Shown here: piece by piece, positions 56,426-64,000 of the stretch
Layout of the letters: the number at the start of each line of letters is the position of its first letter
How positions within the stretch are numbered: the first letter of the stretch is position 1
Sequence record: MZ501103
Source: Escherichia phage SelmaRatti
DNA: 64,000 nt
Strand: one strand, 5' to 3'
The notes under the pieces: generated by a model
The model's database searches: none
Told to the model about the DNA's origin: nothing
Seen by the model: only the letters and a program-made list of their open reading frames with translations
Translations under genes and position numbers: made by a program

Positions 56426-56958
56426 TAACACAAGAAAGATTAAAAGAGCTATTTGAATACCGCCAGGAAACGGGCGAGTTTATAAGGAAAGTCAGTAGAG
56501 GGCGAGGTAAAGCAGGTAGTATTGCTGGTAGTCCTGATAAGGATGGTTATATATTTATTGGAATAAATAGAAAAAGATATGCAGCCCATAGATTAGCCTT
56601 TTTGTATATGGAGGGGTATATTCCAAATCTAGTACACCACTTAAATAATATAAGAAAAGATAATAGATGGTGTAATTTAAAAGATTGTACGTCCCAAGAG
56701 AATAATCGTAGCAAAATCGCTCAATCTAATTCGGGGTACTTAGGAATTACTTGGAAAAAAGATAGACAACAATGGAGAGTCCAGGTCAGAAGCGCCGAAA
56801 GTATTACAGTACACGGAGGCTACTTTAGGTATCTAGATTTAGAGTTGGCAGTTCAAAGAGCTAATGAACTACGTTTAGAACTACATGGGGCTAACGCTGT
56901 TATAGAAACTTTTGATCATACAAAACCCTTACCTACTTTAGAGGAATTAAATAAATGA
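56422..56958 (+). CDS. HNH homing endonuclease (AP2/HNH_3-like), paralog of 50226-50762
   Basis: GYIFIGI...HRLAFLYMEGYIPNLVHHLNNIRKDNRWCNL; both ends align with the 50226 product. Confidence 0.7.
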   Translation: MITQERLKELFEYRQETGEFIRKVSRGRGKAGSIAGSPDKDGYIFIGINRKRYAAHRLAFLYMEGYIPNLVHHLNNIRKDNRWCNLKDCTSQENNRSKIAQSNSGYLGITWKKDRQQWRVQVRSAESITVHGGYFRYLDLELAVQRANELRLELHGANAVIETFDHTKPLPTLEELNK

Positions 56959-57236
56959 TTACAGAAATTTTAATTGGGTTACTAATTCTTACTACGCTAG
57001 TAGCGATTGGTGGAGTTATTGGGGTTGTAAACGCACGAAAAAACATGGAAAGTATGCTCATTACTAATGATGGATTACACCACCGTTTGCTAGAGCAAGA
57101 GCAAGATATTGAATTAGCACAAAGACGCTCAGATATTCTTAAAGAAAAATTAAATAATATAGAAGCAATAATTGGGAATAATAAATTACCCGCTAAAGTA
57201 ATGCGTACACAGATAATCACGGAGATTAAAAAATGA
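56955..57236 (+). CDS. small membrane protein
   Basis: N-terminal hydrophobic helix. Confidence 0.4.
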   Translation: MITEILIGLLILTTLVAIGGVIGVVNARKNMESMLITNDGLHHRLLEQEQDIELAQRRSDILKEKLNNIEAIIGNNKLPAKVMRTQIITEIKK

Positions 57237-57475
57237 TGTTTATTCTAGCATTTTATATAATCGTGGTAGGGGTTCTAGTTACTAAGTACCATACATGGGC
57301 ACCAAAGAATGTAGCTAAGGTAGCATTATTTGTTATTCCAGTTCCCCTTGTTATATTTTCTATGCTACTAGTGATGTTAATCGGTAAAGTGACGAAGACC
57401 GATGTTAAGCGCATTGCTGACGAATTGCAACAGTCCTGTGATATGATTGAGGATATTATTAAAGATGAAACTTAA
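57233..57475 (+). CDS. small membrane protein
   Basis: Two hydrophobic helices. Confidence 0.4.
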   Translation: MMFILAFYIIVVGVLVTKYHTWAPKNVAKVALFVIPVPLVIFSMLLVMLIGKVTKTDVKRIADELQQSCDMIEDIIKDET

Positions 57476-57791
57476 TTTCAATGAGTTAAATACTTTGCAT
57501 GAGCTGTTACAGTTTGTAAATAATAATATTAGTATTCCAGATGATACACTAGAAGTTCTCATGTTAATAGAGAAAAAGGTAGGGGTTGAAATTGAGGATT
57601 CTTGGAAACCACTTTCTACATTAACACCTCTCAAAATGAAGGTGGTTGTTAAAAATATTGAAACTGGAGAAGAACGTGAGATGGTTCGTACAGAACTAGC
57701 GAATAGTTACTCTCCAACGTCTGTAGTGATGCAACATGATGGTGTTTCCGAAGTTCTACAGACAGCTAATTACGTATGGCGTCTCCCATGA
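57465..57791 (+). CDS. hypothetical protein
   Basis: ATG 57465 overlaps previous stop. Confidence 0.4.
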   Translation: MKLNFNELNTLHELLQFVNNNISIPDDTLEVLMLIEKKVGVEIEDSWKPLSTLTPLKMKVVVKNIETGEEREMVRTELANSYSPTSVVMQHDGVSEVLQTANYVWRLP

Positions 57792-57890
57792 TTGATTTAG
57801 TACCAATTACTGCTGGGCTAATAGCATTATTAGTGCTAGCAGTTTTCATTATTGTGGAGCAGGCCAAAGTAATAAGGAGACTTAAAAACA

Positions 57891-58091
57891 ATGATAAAAC
57901 GTATTGTTTATCAGACACCAAAGATTGTAACTGAGTATTTTGTATTACTGCCTCAGATTGTATTTCTAACAGCATTATTTAATATACTTTTTCGACATCT
58001 AGGAATAACGGAAAATATATTCTATACTTCTGGGTTACTTCCTTTTATGTACGAAGGCATCATTATGGCAATTAACGGGGTTCGTAAATGA
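57891..58091 (+). CDS. small membrane protein
   Basis: ORF with hydrophobic core. Confidence 0.35.
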   Translation: MIKRIVYQTPKIVTEYFVLLPQIVFLTALFNILFRHLGITENIFYTSGLLPFMYEGIIMAINGVRK

Positions 58092-58549
58092 CAGCACTAC
58101 AACAACTACAGAATTACTGGTTTGATAACCAATTTAACGATCTCTTCATCCAGTTGTTTGTCGAAACGAACGGACGCTTCAACTACCGATTCTTTAATAA
58201 GTTTCACGAAACAAAATTCTCACATACAGAAATTAATGCAGCAATCCAAGACCTAACTGGTTCTAAAGTAATTCAGTATCGTGAAGTAGACTTCACACCA
58301 GATTGTTTTGGGTTTGAATTGTTTAAGAAAGCGTATAAATTTGGTAAGTTTGAGGATGCTCGTCAATGGGTTCATGATTTCTGGTACAACACCGATATTG
58401 TCCCTAGTCGCGTGCTGATTCTTAACTGGATTGCTAAGCAACATCCACCTAAAACGCAATCATCCTTCTTACCGACTGACACAGGAAACCTCTACCATGA
58501 CAGAAAAGAAAAATCCATTATTGGAGCAGATGAAGGAGTGGGAGAGTAA
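58088..58549 (+). CDS. hypothetical protein (153 aa)
   Basis: ORF, overlapping start. Confidence 0.45.
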   Translation: MTALQQLQNYWFDNQFNDLFIQLFVETNGRFNYRFFNKFHETKFSHTEINAAIQDLTGSKVIQYREVDFTPDCFGFELFKKAYKFGKFEDARQWVHDFWYNTDIVPSRVLILNWIAKQHPPKTQSSFLPTDTGNLYHDRKEKSIIGADEGVGE

Positions 58550-58868
58550 TATTGAAACTGGTCTAATAGACGGTGAAGATATTGTCAACTCCATGCTAGA
58601 AGTAACAGTAGATAATATTAATCCTATTTTGGCTGGAGAAACCTCAGATCTTATAGGACTCTCTAGCACATTTGATTCTTTGGCTAAATTAGCTTTAGAC
58701 GATGAAGAGATAACTAAAGAAGATCTCGCTACAGCTATGAATATGGCTATTAATGCTTACATCGGTAAACGTACTGATGAACTTGGTAAACAGATCAATA
58801 AGCGTGATGCTACGCTAGGTCTTATGGAAACGGCCACTATGTTAAGAAGTGGTAAACAACTTCATTAA
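58497..58868 (+). CDS. hypothetical protein
   Basis: Internal ATG 58497 preferred over the longer overlapping start. Confidence 0.4.
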   Translation: MTEKKNPLLEQMKEWESNIETGLIDGEDIVNSMLEVTVDNINPILAGETSDLIGLSSTFDSLAKLALDDEEITKEDLATAMNMAINAYIGKRTDELGKQINKRDATLGLMETATMLRSGKQLH

Positions 58869-58924
58869 TTTTAGGAGGCCAGAACAACTAAGTCCTGGCC
58901 TTTTATGTTTTCAAGGAACTTCAA

Positions 58925-59128
58925 ATGCAAGTATATGTCCTTACTAGAGATATAAATGAGTATAATCAGGATGGTGAGTATTTTGTAAAAGTATTCGCTG
59001 AAAAGCCAAGTAAACAACAATTATTAGATGCGGGGGTACCCGAAGACCAGGCTAAGTGTATACTACAAGATAAAGAGTTTACCGGGGATGCTTACGAATG
59101 TTTCTACCTTAACTGTGAGACTATTTAA
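58925..59128 (+). CDS. hypothetical protein (67 aa)
   Basis: ORF after a hairpin. Confidence 0.4.
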   Translation: MQVYVLTRDINEYNQDGEYFVKVFAEKPSKQQLLDAGVPEDQAKCILQDKEFTGDAYECFYLNCETI

Positions 59129-59129
59129 T

Positions 59130-59570
59130 ATGAGAGAGAAAGTAAATGAATTATTAATCGAGGAAGCTAACAACTTTCCAATAAATAGATTCATTAAATC
59201 GGATGGATCTATTAATAGAACTAAGATTAAGCAGCTACATCCCGACTTTCAACAAGAAGCACTAAACCTTATATTTATCAAGAAAGCTGTTGCAGTTCAT
59301 GGAGCTTTCTTTGGGTATGAACGTGTAAATTATAAGACAATGCAACAGCAAGTCGAGATCTACTGCCCGGACCATGATGGTTATTACTGGCAAACTGCTA
59401 GATCTCATTTAGAAGGGCACGGTTGTCGACTGTGTGCACACAAGGTTGTGCAGCGTGTCACGGATTATGGAACTTATACCGTGCCATCATGTTACCATAA
59501 ATTTGTAATTGACGATAATCATATAGTTTGGTATAATAAGTTTTCAAAGTTAAGAATGGAGATAAAATAA
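59130..59570 (+). CDS. hypothetical protein with Cys/His cluster
   Basis: ATG directly after previous stop; CPDHDGYYWQ...GHGCRLCAHK. Confidence 0.4.
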   Translation: MREKVNELLIEEANNFPINRFIKSDGSINRTKIKQLHPDFQQEALNLIFIKKAVAVHGAFFGYERVNYKTMQQQVEIYCPDHDGYYWQTARSHLEGHGCRLCAHKVVQRVTDYGTYTVPSCYHKFVIDDNHIVWYNKFSKLRMEIK

Positions 59571-59586
59571 TGGAAACACTTTTTTA

Positions 59587-59751
59587 ATGCTCGTAGGTTC
59601 GTTAGTAGTTATATTAGCACTTCTACTAATCTGCAATATTCTTAATAATAAGAATTTAGAGTTAAAGTGTGAGAACCAAATCCTTAATCGTGAACTTACA
59701 CAATATAATGTAGCAGCTCGCAAGCTGTTAGACAAACTGGAGAATAAATAA
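59587..59751 (+). CDS. small membrane-anchored protein (54 aa)
   Basis: Below the ORF-track cutoff; TAATG overlaps at both ends. Confidence 0.3.
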   Translation: MLVGSLVVILALLLICNILNNKNLELKCENQILNRELTQYNVAARKLLDKLENK

Positions 59752-60362
59752 TGTTTACACAACAAACCATTAAAGTAGTAGCAGATCATGAACTCGACAC
59801 ATGGGATTACAGCTTTAAAGATCTGACTGCTACAGTACAGTTTAAATCTATGCAACTGTCGTTTTTGCACACTGATCTTCAAGGTTGTAAAGAGTTTCAG
59901 GCTAAGCTCATCGATGCTCGTAAGATTTTTGGTACGGCTCGCATCCCGGCTGATAACCTGATTAATGCACTAATCGATGCAGGGTACAAACTCGTGAAGA
60001 CCGAGGTGAACCGCCCTAGTACTCCAGTGACTATTAGAGATCCGTGGCAGTCAGGGACAATCTCAATGCTGAATAACTCCGATAAAAGATTAATGTCGGA
60101 TATGCACAATGTTCATTGTGGTGGTGTGGTAAGCAATACGCAATCATATAAGTTTGGTGAAGATTGCGGCCCTTCTGTACAGCTGCAACATACCCAAGAG
60201 GCTTTTGAATCTGATATGCGAAGCGTAGCACCTGAGGATGCTGGAGTTTCTAGGAGTTCTGTTTGTACTATTCATTTTAATAATCTTAGGCCTGGGAATA
60301 TAAATGATACTATCCTTGAAGCGTTGGGGGCTGCTCTTAATGAAGATAAGAGAGGTAGTTAA
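59751..60362 (+). CDS. hypothetical protein (203 aa)
   Basis: ORF, coupled start. Confidence 0.45.
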   Translation: MFTQQTIKVVADHELDTWDYSFKDLTATVQFKSMQLSFLHTDLQGCKEFQAKLIDARKIFGTARIPADNLINALIDAGYKLVKTEVNRPSTPVTIRDPWQSGTISMLNNSDKRLMSDMHNVHCGGVVSNTQSYKFGEDCGPSVQLQHTQEAFESDMRSVAPEDAGVSRSSVCTIHFNNLRPGNINDTILEALGAALNEDKRGS

Positions 60363-60709
60363 TGATATTTGGTAAAACAAAAATAACTTCTGCTGGTGAC
60401 GATTTAATTACTCTTAGTCTCTACTATAAAGATGAAAATGTAGAATTAGAAACATTAGAGTATATTCTAATAACTACTAATAAGCCAAAAATAGGAGAGT
60501 TATTTGATATAATATCTATAGTCTCTGCTAGGGAAGATATTCCAAGTATAACACCAAAGAATATAGCTCACTTAGCACAACAATTAGGAATCCTATGGTA
60601 TAAAGTAGATCTTCCAGCTAAAGAAAGAACCAAAGGAACCTTTGCAGAAGTTGCAAGAAAACCTAAGCCAGAAAAGAAAGAAACAGGGGAGCAAGCGTCT
60701 GATATATGA
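60362..60709 (+). CDS. hypothetical protein with C-terminal tail ...TGEQASDI
   Basis: Last 8 residues identical to the helicase (5736-7259) C-terminus, encoded with different codons. Confidence 0.45.
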   Translation: MIFGKTKITSAGDDLITLSLYYKDENVELETLEYILITTNKPKIGELFDIISIVSAREDIPSITPKNIAHLAQQLGILWYKVDLPAKERTKGTFAEVARKPKPEKKETGEQASDI

Positions 60710-61419
60710 TTAAAGAAGCTGAAAAATTAAAACGTCTCATCCAGTTAGCGCGTGGTGCTACACAAAAGAGTCTTTCACAGCTAACTGATGAAGAAAAATA
60801 TGCAGTAATGTTTTTAGGAGATCATTATCCTGCTAAGTGGGATAAGGGTAAGATCAAATATGATCGTGATGCAAAACAAGTAGTTTGGTCAGGCTCATAT
60901 GTAGAGGTGAATAAAGCATTAAAGGCTTTAGATCCTGCAGCAAAAGGTTTCTCTTCTAATGCTATTCATATTCTAATTGATGAAGATCTCCCAAGATTTA
61001 AGGAAGCATCATTTAAAGAAGCATTAGCTAGCGAAGATCTTATTCCTTTCAAACATGGCAAATATGCACATCTTCCTCCACTAGAAAAAGAGAAACCAAC
61101 TCTAGTTAAAGATGAAGTTTATCGTGGGATTGGCACAATGCTAGCGAGTTTGACTGTAGCTCTCCATAAAGATCTAGAGTTAACGCCCTTAGAAAATGCT
61201 GTGCATTTCATGTGCCATAAATATGAGGATACATTTAAAGAACTATGTAAGTCGCTAGGAATGCCAAGTTACACGATATTAAACTACGCTCCTGAGTATA
61301 CTAGAGCAGCTCGCGGAACTATGGATTACGATGATACAGGATCAACTGCTTCCTATTTAGCAACTTATATCTACTTCGCATCCTTAGGTATCAAACTCAA
61401 ATCCAAGAAGGAGGAATAA
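60706..61419 (+). CDS. hypothetical protein (237 aa)
   Basis: Last plus-strand gene before the non-coding repeat locus. Confidence 0.45.
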   Translation: MIKEAEKLKRLIQLARGATQKSLSQLTDEEKYAVMFLGDHYPAKWDKGKIKYDRDAKQVVWSGSYVEVNKALKALDPAAKGFSSNAIHILIDEDLPRFKEASFKEALASEDLIPFKHGKYAHLPPLEKEKPTLVKDEVYRGIGTMLASLTVALHKDLELTPLENAVHFMCHKYEDTFKELCKSLGMPSYTILNYAPEYTRAARGTMDYDDTGSTASYLATYIYFASLGIKLKSKKEE

Positions 61420-61437
61420 AAGTTAACAAAATTTTCT

Positions 61438-61466
61438 TGACAACTCATTGCGGCACATGTTATAAT
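61438..61466 (+). promoter_or_regulatory. near-consensus sigma70 promoter with no ORF downstream
   Basis: TTGACA-17/18-TATAAT; terminator about 165 nt downstream. Confidence 0.5.
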
Positions 61467-61603
61467 AATCTCATAGATTAACAACTACTCTAGTTGATTA
61501 ACTCTAGGGGCGATGATTATTACACGAATGTCTCGTATAGCTTGCGGCTGAGCAACAGCGGTATGACGGCATGAGTACTCACGTAATTAATCACGCGCCC
61601 CCA

Positions 61604-61640
61604 GGAGAGACTCTCATGAAATTGGGGGTCTCTTTTTCTT
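61604..61640 (+). terminator. rho-independent terminator closing the ORF-less transcription unit
   Basis: agagac...gtctct stem then tttttcttt. Confidence 0.5.
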
Positions 61641-61893
61641 TATATTATTTAAATATTTAAATATTTTTAATGGCAATATCTGTGTTCAAGATGATACACC
61701 GGTTGCCGCTCATCTGCTAGGATGGCACAACACTTTCTAGTAGACTCCTAAGTTTCTAGGAAAACTCTCACTTTCTAGGGCAGTTTCTCTCCAACGTTAC
61801 ATATCCTAGGCCGGTTTTCCTATACAGGGCGGTTATGGGGAGGGCGGTTATTTCTAGAAGACATTTTTTGAAAACATTTTTCCAGAAATTACT

Positions 61894-62495
61894 GTCGGAT
61901 TTGCACCTTGTGTTTCTAGAAATTTATGGTCGGATTTGCACAATCGCCTAAGTTTTTAGGAACATATAATCTCCTGAAAATGGCAGCATTATTTCGGGCC
62001 GAAGGCCCATGATTGCCTGAGTTTTTAGGGCCACAGAAATTTTCACTTGTCAAGCTATTTTGCCCCATTTTGCTAATAAAATTTTACTTTTTCTGCACCT
62101 ATCTCAAATTAACCCAAATTATCTCAACTCTTCCCCAAAATCCCCGCAAATCGGGTGCCCCGCACCAAACATGCGCCCCTCTCACAGTTCCCTCAAATTT
62201 CTCTCGCTATCTCACCTTCACTACAAACCTATACAATCACACACCATCTCATCGAAGTCACAAAAATTTCATCGGATTCGCACAGCTCAACACATGTCGG
62301 ATTTGCACATACTCTAGCTAATTCCACAGGATTCGAACGCAGTTCGTGATTGCTGGAGTTTTTAGGGAGACAGATTCGTCACTCTCACGAATTTATAAAT
62401 TTTTTTCGGGTCGGATTTGCACACTACCAAAAATTGTCGGATTTGCACATACATGCCCGCACGTAACACCCGTGGAGCATTGTCGGATTTGCACA
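61894..62495. repeat. seven direct copies of a 13-bp iteron-like repeat GTCGGATTTGCACA
   Basis: Copies at 61894, 61929, 62272 (variant), 62296, 62410, 62436, 62483, all same orientation; interspersed with repeated TTTCTAG(G/A) and GTTTTTAGGG motifs. Confidence 0.7.
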
Positions 62496-62520
62496 AAAGC
62501 GCAGGGCAATTGCCCTGCTC

Positions 62521-62700
62521 GCCTGAATGCGAATGATAATGAGAATCAATCTCGTTTAAAAAGCTGAATGCGAATGATAATGATTCGCATTTAAGAAAGG
62601 GAATGAGAACTATTCAAGAAGTGAAATGATTCTCATTTAAAAAGTGGAGTGATTATCGGTTAGCTAGTGAAATGCGAATGATAATGATTCGCATTTAAAA
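62521..62700. repeat. three copies of GAATGCGAATGATAATGA, two extended to perfect palindromes
   Basis: Copies at 62525, 62566, 62671; AATGCGAATGATAATGATTCGCATT is an inverted repeat; related palindrome aatgagaa...ttctcatt at 62611-62637. Confidence 0.7.
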
Positions 62701-62728
62701 ATGGAAGTGAGAAACACTATTATTTAAG

Positions 62729-62810
62729 TTATCCACAGACTTATCAACAGCACGATTTGACTTGACAGAATCCTAGCCATTTTGAGGCGTTATTAACAGA
62801 CTTATCCACA
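62729..62810 (+). promoter_or_regulatory. two consensus DnaA boxes (TTATCCACA) plus degenerate copies
   Basis: TTATCCACA at 62729-62737 and 62802-62810; variants ttatcaaca and ttatcctac adjacent. Confidence 0.5.
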
Positions 62811-63078
62811 GCTTATCCTACTGTATAAATATACAGTATTCCTATGTAGTGAATAATTCTAATATAGGCCTAAAACGTCCTGAATCGCATTCTAACGCGT
62901 TTAATTTTGGTGGAGGTATTTTAATATGGGGAAATTTGAGGAAGGCCATAAAAGGTGGGGCCAGTAGTTGCGCCCCGTGATTATTAGTGGTAGATATATT
63001 TTTGCCAATAGCGGCGGATACTGTCGCCACCAGCGGAATCATTCACAGCCTCAACATTACCCGCGAAAATATATAATC

Positions 63079-63423
63079 TCATTGTGCCACCTTTCGAAAC
63101 GCTATTTCAATACTATCCGCAGTGGATTGAATATATGCGCCTTTCATTATCAGGCGCTCGGTGCATATCTTGCGAAAAATGTTGATAAAATCATCTTCAT
63201 TTTCTGCAATTAATGCCTCACCCATAACCTGAACGTCACAAGACCCAAAAGTTAAAAATTGAAACGCTAGTTCACGGGCGACAACGGCAGAAATTTTATA
63301 ATGCGCCTTACCCTCATAAATATTAACCACGCCTTTATAAACTGGTGAAAGCTGATTTAAATAGTTTGCTAATAATGCCGGACGGCAATTAGCAACAAAA
63401 CGATTGCCCTCATAAATAACCAT
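63079..63423 (-). CDS. hypothetical protein (114 aa), higher-GC block
   Basis: ORF with GC content and codon choice distinct from the rest of the window. Confidence 0.35.
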   Translation of the reverse strand: MVIYEGNRFVANCRPALLANYLNQLSPVYKGVVNIYEGKAHYKISAVVARELAFQFLTFGSCDVQVMGEALIAENEDDFINIFRKICTERLIMKGAYIQSTADSIEIAFRKVAQ

Positions 63424-63546
63424 TTTATAACCTCCCGATCAGATAGCCTGATAAAAGCATAAAGATACCCAACGAAAGAGGGTCATTCTTAAATAAGGTG
63501 GCGATAAAACCGCCAGCCATTGCAAGGAGAACAACAATAACGCTTT

Positions 63547-63759
63547 TCATAGTACCCCACGAAACGCAGCGTAAAAGGTGGCAAAATGTTTAACCGTTTC
63601 AGCGATCACGTTGCCGCGCTTATCAAATTTTTTCTCGGTAACACGAAAGGCATTTTTGTTACGTGCTACATATTCGATTTTACAATCTGGACGCTCGAAC
63701 GTGTTAACATCCACCAGCTTAAAGCCTTTCGAACGTGCAAGAGAAACGTTGCGTATCAT
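63547..63759 (-). CDS. hypothetical protein (70 aa)
   Basis: ORF, same higher-GC block. Confidence 0.3.
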   Translation of the reverse strand: MIRNVSLARSKGFKLVDVNTFERPDCKIEYVARNKNAFRVTEKKFDKRGNVIAETVKHFATFYAAFRGVL

Positions 63760-63761
63760 TT

Positions 63762-63944
63762 TTATTCTCCTTTACTAATCATGCAGCCCAGCAGATAAGA
63801 AAATACAGCAATGCCAGCGCCAATAGTAACCATTGGTTTTGTATTTACTAAACCGCAATAAGAATCTTGAATACCATAAGCGGTGGCGAAAAGAGTCAGA
63901 ATAGCGCCCAAGATACCCGCCAGAATAGCTCGAAAAATAACCAT
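63762..63944 (-). CDS. small hydrophobic protein (60 aa)
   Basis: Two predicted TM helices. Confidence 0.3.
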   Translation of the reverse strand: MVIFRAILAGILGAILTLFATAYGIQDSYCGLVNTKPMVTIGAGIAVFSYLLGCMISKGE

Positions 63945-64000
63945 TTTTATTTCCCCTAGTTAGTGGGTGATACTGTATATCCCCCGTTATTACTTACATT

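Noticed and set aside
62521-62700. Possible CRISPR array from the repeated 18-25 bp units
   Set aside because: Only three copies, irregular spacing, repeats are palindromic operator-like sites; no cas genes

Overview
The window reads as the early/replication region of a T5-like (Tequintavirus-type) lytic phage, in reverse orientation relative to the usual T5 map. Calls rest on motif reading of the supplied ORF translations and hand-folding of RNA genes; no database search was possible. Positions 1-21.6 kb carry a minus-strand replication module: a partial DExH helicase, an intein-containing family A DNA polymerase, primase, DnaB-like helicase, a split NAD-dependent ligase, a large SF2 helicase, a truncated Sir2-like ORF and anaerobic RNR NrdD. 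Positions 21.9-61.4 kb carry plus-strand genes: PhoH, NrdA (with an intein at the catalytic Cys), NrdB, DHFR, ThyA, RNase H, a tRNA cluster with small ORFs, a GrcA-like glycyl-radical protein, dNMP kinase, holin/endolysin, two metallophosphatases and many small hypothetical ORFs. Homing-endonuclease-like genes are unusually dense (5 HNH, 1 GIY-YIG, 3 zinc-ribbon/T5orf172-like, 2 LAGLIDADG inteins). Nearly every operon is preceded by the same strong sigma70-type promoter architecture (TTGCTx, 17 bp, TATAAT, then an ATAAATTGA-like box). The last 2.6 kb is a non-coding iteron/palindrome/DnaA-box locus followed by higher-GC minus-strand ORFs, consistent with the boundary to the terminal-repeat/pre-early region. 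Several tRNA-region stretches could not be folded by hand and are reported as findings rather than features.
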